Below are positions 59,901 to 64,000 of a stretch of 64,000 nt of DNA, one piece after another. Every line of letters begins with the position of its first letter. Position 1 is the first letter of the stretch. Source of the DNA: Octopus vulgaris (Eukaryota); assembly GCA_951406725.2 (NCBI GenBank), contig OX597841.1, forward strand, positions 9,672,001 to 9,736,000, in the 5' to 3' direction. Below the pieces are notes generated by a model, which saw only the letters and a program-made list of their open reading frames with translations, had not been told where the DNA came from and did not search any database. Both the position numbers and the translations under genes were made by a program.

Positions 59901-60381
59901 GAGTCTATAGTCTGAAGGAAAGAAGAAAAGGGGAAAAAATGATCCACAGGAACCATTAACACCACTGCAACCACAATAACAACAGACACCACAAGAAGGG
60001 CAGCAACAGAGACAATTGGACATAACAACATTCACAAAAACCACAACAGCCCCGGCAGCAGCTGCAGCTACAACATCGACTGGAATGGAAACAACTGCAT
60101 AATGTCAAGCAGAATGCACAGCAGCAGCAGCAACAGGGAACCCCCCCCCACACCAAAATAATGACAACACTGTTAACAGCGCCAACAGTAAAACAAATAC
60201 CTGCAGAAGAAATACCCGTCCCCTATTCAGCTAAGGAAAATGAGAGAAATAAGGAGGGACAGGCATGTGAAAGAGTCACAGGGAAAGGAAGGAAAAGACG
60301 GAAGAGCACAAACGATAACCAGAAAAGAAAAACGTACAAGAAAATGGAGGAGGGAACGTGCAGTAAGAATAGCACACCATG

Positions 60382-60432
<51 letters not shown>

Positions 60433-60689
60433 GCAACAATAACATCATCCCCACCACTACCACCACCACATCTACAACCATCGCAAACACAACATAGCCT
60501 CCATACACAACAGACGCACTTCATTCCACCAAATGACCATAAACCAGACATTATGAATCTCATGGCTATAAGTACAAAAAGTAATGAATTAATAGAACAC
60601 ATCCAATTATGTCAGACACGATTGGAGGACTTCCTTGGGATTTCTCGCCCCTTAGAGTTAGTGGGCAACTGGTATGCCGAGGTGCAACA

Positions 60690-61135
60690 TGGCCCTAAAA
60701 CTACAATTTGGTGTTTGATGGGTTGGGACGAGTGCTTGTTACACGATTCCAAGCAGATTTGTACGGAATTTCAGCGGCACTTTGCTGAACTATACGAGGC
60801 GCACAGTGGTTCGGGGGCGAAGGTGAACTCCACCTCCTACCTCGATGGACTGCTGCAGCTCTTGGCCAAGGATGTGGAATTATGCGAAATTCCAATAACA
60901 GCGGAAGATATACGAGAGATGCACTGGAGACTTGCAGGAAGGAGAAGTCTCCGGGATTGGATGGTTTTCCCTTCGAAATTTATATTCATATGCTAGACTT
61001 GTCTGGTGAGATTTTGCAAGATGTCTAACGCAACAGGCAGCAGAACTGTGAGCCAAGGTGTGGTGATGCCATTGAGGAAGGATCCGAACAAGGGGGACAT
61101 TGTTGATAACTTTCGGCCTGTAACTCTGCTAACAA
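60690..61135 (+). mobile_element. L1/Tx1-like LINE ORF2 fragment
   Basis: HFAELY...CEIPITAEDI, KSPGLDGFPFEIY, KDPNKGDIVDNFRPVTLL, with frameshifts. Confidence 0.75.
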
Positions 61136-61144
61136 GCCTATCGG

Positions 61145-61185
<41 letters not shown>

Positions 61186-61929
61186 TGTGTTTATCTCCTC
61201 CCCTCACCAGCGCTTGACAACCGATGTCTCTATGTTTACGTCTATGTCACTTAGTAGTTCGGCAAAGACGACCGATAGGTTAAGTACAAGGCTTAATAAG
61301 TCCTGGTGTCAATGTTTTTGATTAAATGAACCCTTCAAGGCGGTGCTCCAGCGTGGCCTCAGTCAAAATGACTTAAGTACAAAAATAAAGAATATCCATA
61401 CAATACATAGGAGACTTTAAAATGTCGTGTCCACCCGTTGTTTTGGGTATGTCCCTAGTCGTGTGCGTTGAGGGCACCTTCACCACATACGGTTACCAGG
61501 TGTCGTCCGCAGCGACTGCGCTTTAGTCGCAGGGTCTACGTAAGGAATTCCTCGGTGCACGGTCGTCTGCCTTTTAATGGAGAATCAATGATTATGAAAG
61601 TCTATGCTTTCGGACCAGACATTCCTATACATACATGCATGCATATATATGTATAGATATATATATATACATACACACAAACATACATACTTATAGCCTT
61701 ATTTCTATACATACATTCCTAAATATGTGTGTATATATATAAACACATGTGTATATACTGTATATAAATATATACACACACACACAAAGAGAGAGTGTTG
61801 AGGAATGTTACAACAATAAGTGTTAGTGTGTAGAATGCAATGTATGCGATGCAGGTTCGATTCCCGGGCGAAGCCATTTACAAGAAGAAGAAGAAGAAGA
61901 AGATTGAAGTTTAATATTTCTGGAAATAT

Positions 61930-64000
61930 TTATTTGTCAAAATAAAAGAAAGCAAAAGAATGACGTCCAGGAATAATTCCAAAAACCATCAAAGAATTGT
62001 CTGAAACATCCAAACCAAGAACTTCAAAGACTTCATTATCATCCCATCTGAGGAGTAAATAGTTTGAATTATCTTTTAATCTCAGGATTTCATCATCTTC
62101 AGATGTTTCCTCTTCAATATGTCGAGGTATTTCGTAAATATTGTTTCTGAAATCTGTTATATAAACACATTCACCAATTATGGTCAGACGAGGTCTTTGA
62201 ATATATTCTCCCAGAAAAGAAAATATTCTTTCATCTATTCTTATCCTCCTCACCAAAGTCTTTTCTCTGAACCATTCCACAAAACAAAAAACTTCCCTCC
62301 CTCCAGACCCCTTCTCCTCCATCTCCTTCTTCAAAACAACAACATCACCAAAAGATGTGACTCCCACATCTTCCACCCCTTCATCTCCCTCAAACCTTCC
62401 CAATCTCCTCATCTTCCCACGACACACTTCATCTTTACATATCCCATCTTCAAAATCAACCACATCCACATAATAAGGGTCAAAGATGAAGGAGTCTTTG
62501 CAATAATAGTAATCCTTGTTTTTCTCCCATATTCTTTTGTATTTCTTGTCTCTCTCTTCTTGAGTTATGTCTCTAATATAATGACCACCACACACGAGTT
62601 GATTGTCGTTGTATTTATATATCCTGTGGTAGTATTTCTCAGTTCTGATGGTTTTTAAACGACAGAGATCCCTGTTGAAGACCCTCATTTCTCTCCCAAA
62701 GGCGACAATGAAACATTCCTCTGTCCACCGACATATGTCCAGTGCTGGTCGTTGTTGTTGTTCATGTTGAAGTATGTCCACTGTTGTTGTTGTTGTTGTT
62801 CTGATTAATGTGACACTTTCTCGAAACATCAACACACTCACATTCTCATCTAACTTAATTAGTTTACTGTTCCGGTCCCTAATGTCCCTCAAATCATAAT
62901 CAACAGGTTCTTCGAATGCAGGAATGGAAAAAGGGACCATTGCTGTCCTATATGGAAGTCTCCTCACTGATATTTCATCAATTCCTGAATTATTAATCTC
63001 CGCTATGTAATTACCACATCTCACCTTTAATCTACCTTTACCAATTATTTCACCTGATTTACCTCTTCTTCTTCCTCCTCCATCTCCATCTCCTCCTCTG
63101 TATTCCAATTTATTAATTAATTCATTACTGAATATTTCCTTGTTCGTTTCAGATGTAATGGAAGGGAAACGAAGACCAGAATCAAGATTTAATGACGACA
63201 CAGATTCCAGAATGTTCACTTGGTCCCCATCAATCTTTATGCAATGACATTCAATCAATTCATTATGTACACACCAGTAAATACCCACCACTTTTCTCCA
63301 TATTACACCATAAGGGATGAGACTCGACCAAACTTGAGATGTCTGCAAATCTTCTCCATTCAGTTGAAATATTTCTTTCCTTTTAGGAACCGTGGCCATT
63401 ATGTGTGATTCTTTTGTAAAACACACACCACCAACTAAACTTGCAACATTTCTGTGACATAGCAACTGGCCGTCTTCATCGAATATTTTAACATTTCCAT
63501 TATTGGCTTTTTCACACACAACTGTCTTTCCTTCCTCAGAGACATCAAAATCTTTTACTTGAACAGGAAATTCGTCTGTTTGTAAACGAACAACCGGGAA
63601 GCTGTCTCGATTCACCATAAACAACCCTTCAACATACAATTCATTCTCTCTTCCCCATTTCCCAAGGCTTCCAACAAACCTTGGTCCTTTACAGTCTATA
63701 CTGGAGAAAAGTACTGTATGTTTATAAATTCTTTTATTTAGAAATATTCTCTTGTATTCCCCATTCTGTGTCAAACACAAAATGTTTCGATATCTAGATG
63801 GACCTAAACATTTCTCCCAGTCACCACGAATGTACAAAAAACTGTCATCAATTGTCATCCTGTCATCATCAACACCAAAAATATCCTTCATGTAGTGTCT
63901 GACTGAATGTAAATATTGACCACCACTGTTGAAGAAAATTATGAATCTCCTGTTGAAGACAATGATGACATCTTCATCAGTAACTTTAATATCCCGGATT
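61930..64000 (-). CDS. Long intron-free ORF (>=689 codons, 5' end outside window); uncharacterised protein, probable NHL/TolB-like beta-propeller repeats
   Basis: 653-aa ORF in the track plus 36 further stop-free codons to the window edge (IRDIKVTDEDVIIVFNRRFIIFFNSGGQYLHSVRHY). Blade-like segments include DFDVSEEGKTVVCEKANNGNVKIFDEDGQLL and DVGVTSFGDVVVL. No transposon motifs seen. Confidence 0.8.
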   Translation of the reverse strand, partial: IRDIKVTDEDVIIVFNRRFIIFFNSGGQYLHSVRHYMKDIFGVDDDRMTIDDSFLYIRGDWEKCLGPSRYRNILCLTQNGEYKRIFLNKRIYKHTVLFSSIDCKGPRFVGSLGKWGRENELYVEGLFMVNRDSFPVVRLQTDEFPVQVKDFDVSEEGKTVVCEKANNGNVKIFDEDGQLLCHRNVASLVGGVCFTKESHIMATVPKRKEIFQLNGEDLQTSQVWSSLIPYGVIWRKVVGIYWCVHNELIECHCIKIDGDQVNILESVSSLNLDSGLRFPSITSETNKEIFSNELINKLEYRGGDGDGGGRRRGKSGEIIGKGRLKVRCGNYIAEINNSGIDEISVRRLPYRTAMVPFSIPAFEEPVDYDLRDIRDRNSKLIKLDENVSVLMFRESVTLIRTTTTTTVDILQHEQQQRPALDICRWTEECFIVAFGREMRVFNRDLCRLKTIRTEKYYHRIYKYNDNQLVCGGHYIRDITQEERDKKYKRIWEKNKDYYYCKDSFIFDPYYVDVVDFEDGICKDEVCRGKMRRLGRFEGDEGVEDVGVTSFGDVVVLKKEMEEKGSGGREVFCFVEWFREKTLVRRIRIDERIFSFLGEYIQRPRLTIIGECVYITDFRNNIYEIPRHIEEETSEDDEILRLKDNSNYLLLRWDDNEVFEVLGLDVSDNSLMVFGIIPGRHSFAFFYFDK

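Noticed and set aside
61825-61880. tRNA-like ggttcgattcccgg segment
   Set aside because: Only a B-box/T-arm is recognisable and there is no full cloverleaf; likely a SINE head. The same applies to the other SINE heads in the window.

Overview
Eukaryotic (animal) genomic DNA that is AT-rich and dense in microsatellites and SINEs. The repeat families and their style point to an octopus or other coleoid cephalopod (inference). Most of the window is one intron-rich gene on the + strand, ribosomal protein S6 kinase (p70 S6K, RPS6KB1-like). I reconstructed 15 coding exons from 14118 to 57943 by AG/GT boundaries and phase. The first exon, with the TOS motif, was not found. One exon (33733-33797) is one base short, giving an apparent frameshift. 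A long intron-free ORF of unknown function with beta-propeller/NHL-like character runs convergently on the - strand from beyond the window end to 61930. The introns hold tRNA-derived SINEs, RTE, R4/Dong, L1/Tx1 and Penelope relics, Tc1/mariner relics, MITEs, a non-autonomous Helitron and a ~2.7 kb (ATT)n array. The least expected signal is a set of self-cleaving-ribozyme-like motifs. These are one apparently intact minimal hammerhead, a tRNA-box repeat family carrying a hammerhead core, hammerhead-bearing inverted Penelope LTRs, and a weak HDV-like fold. Repeat boundaries are approximate and read by eye.
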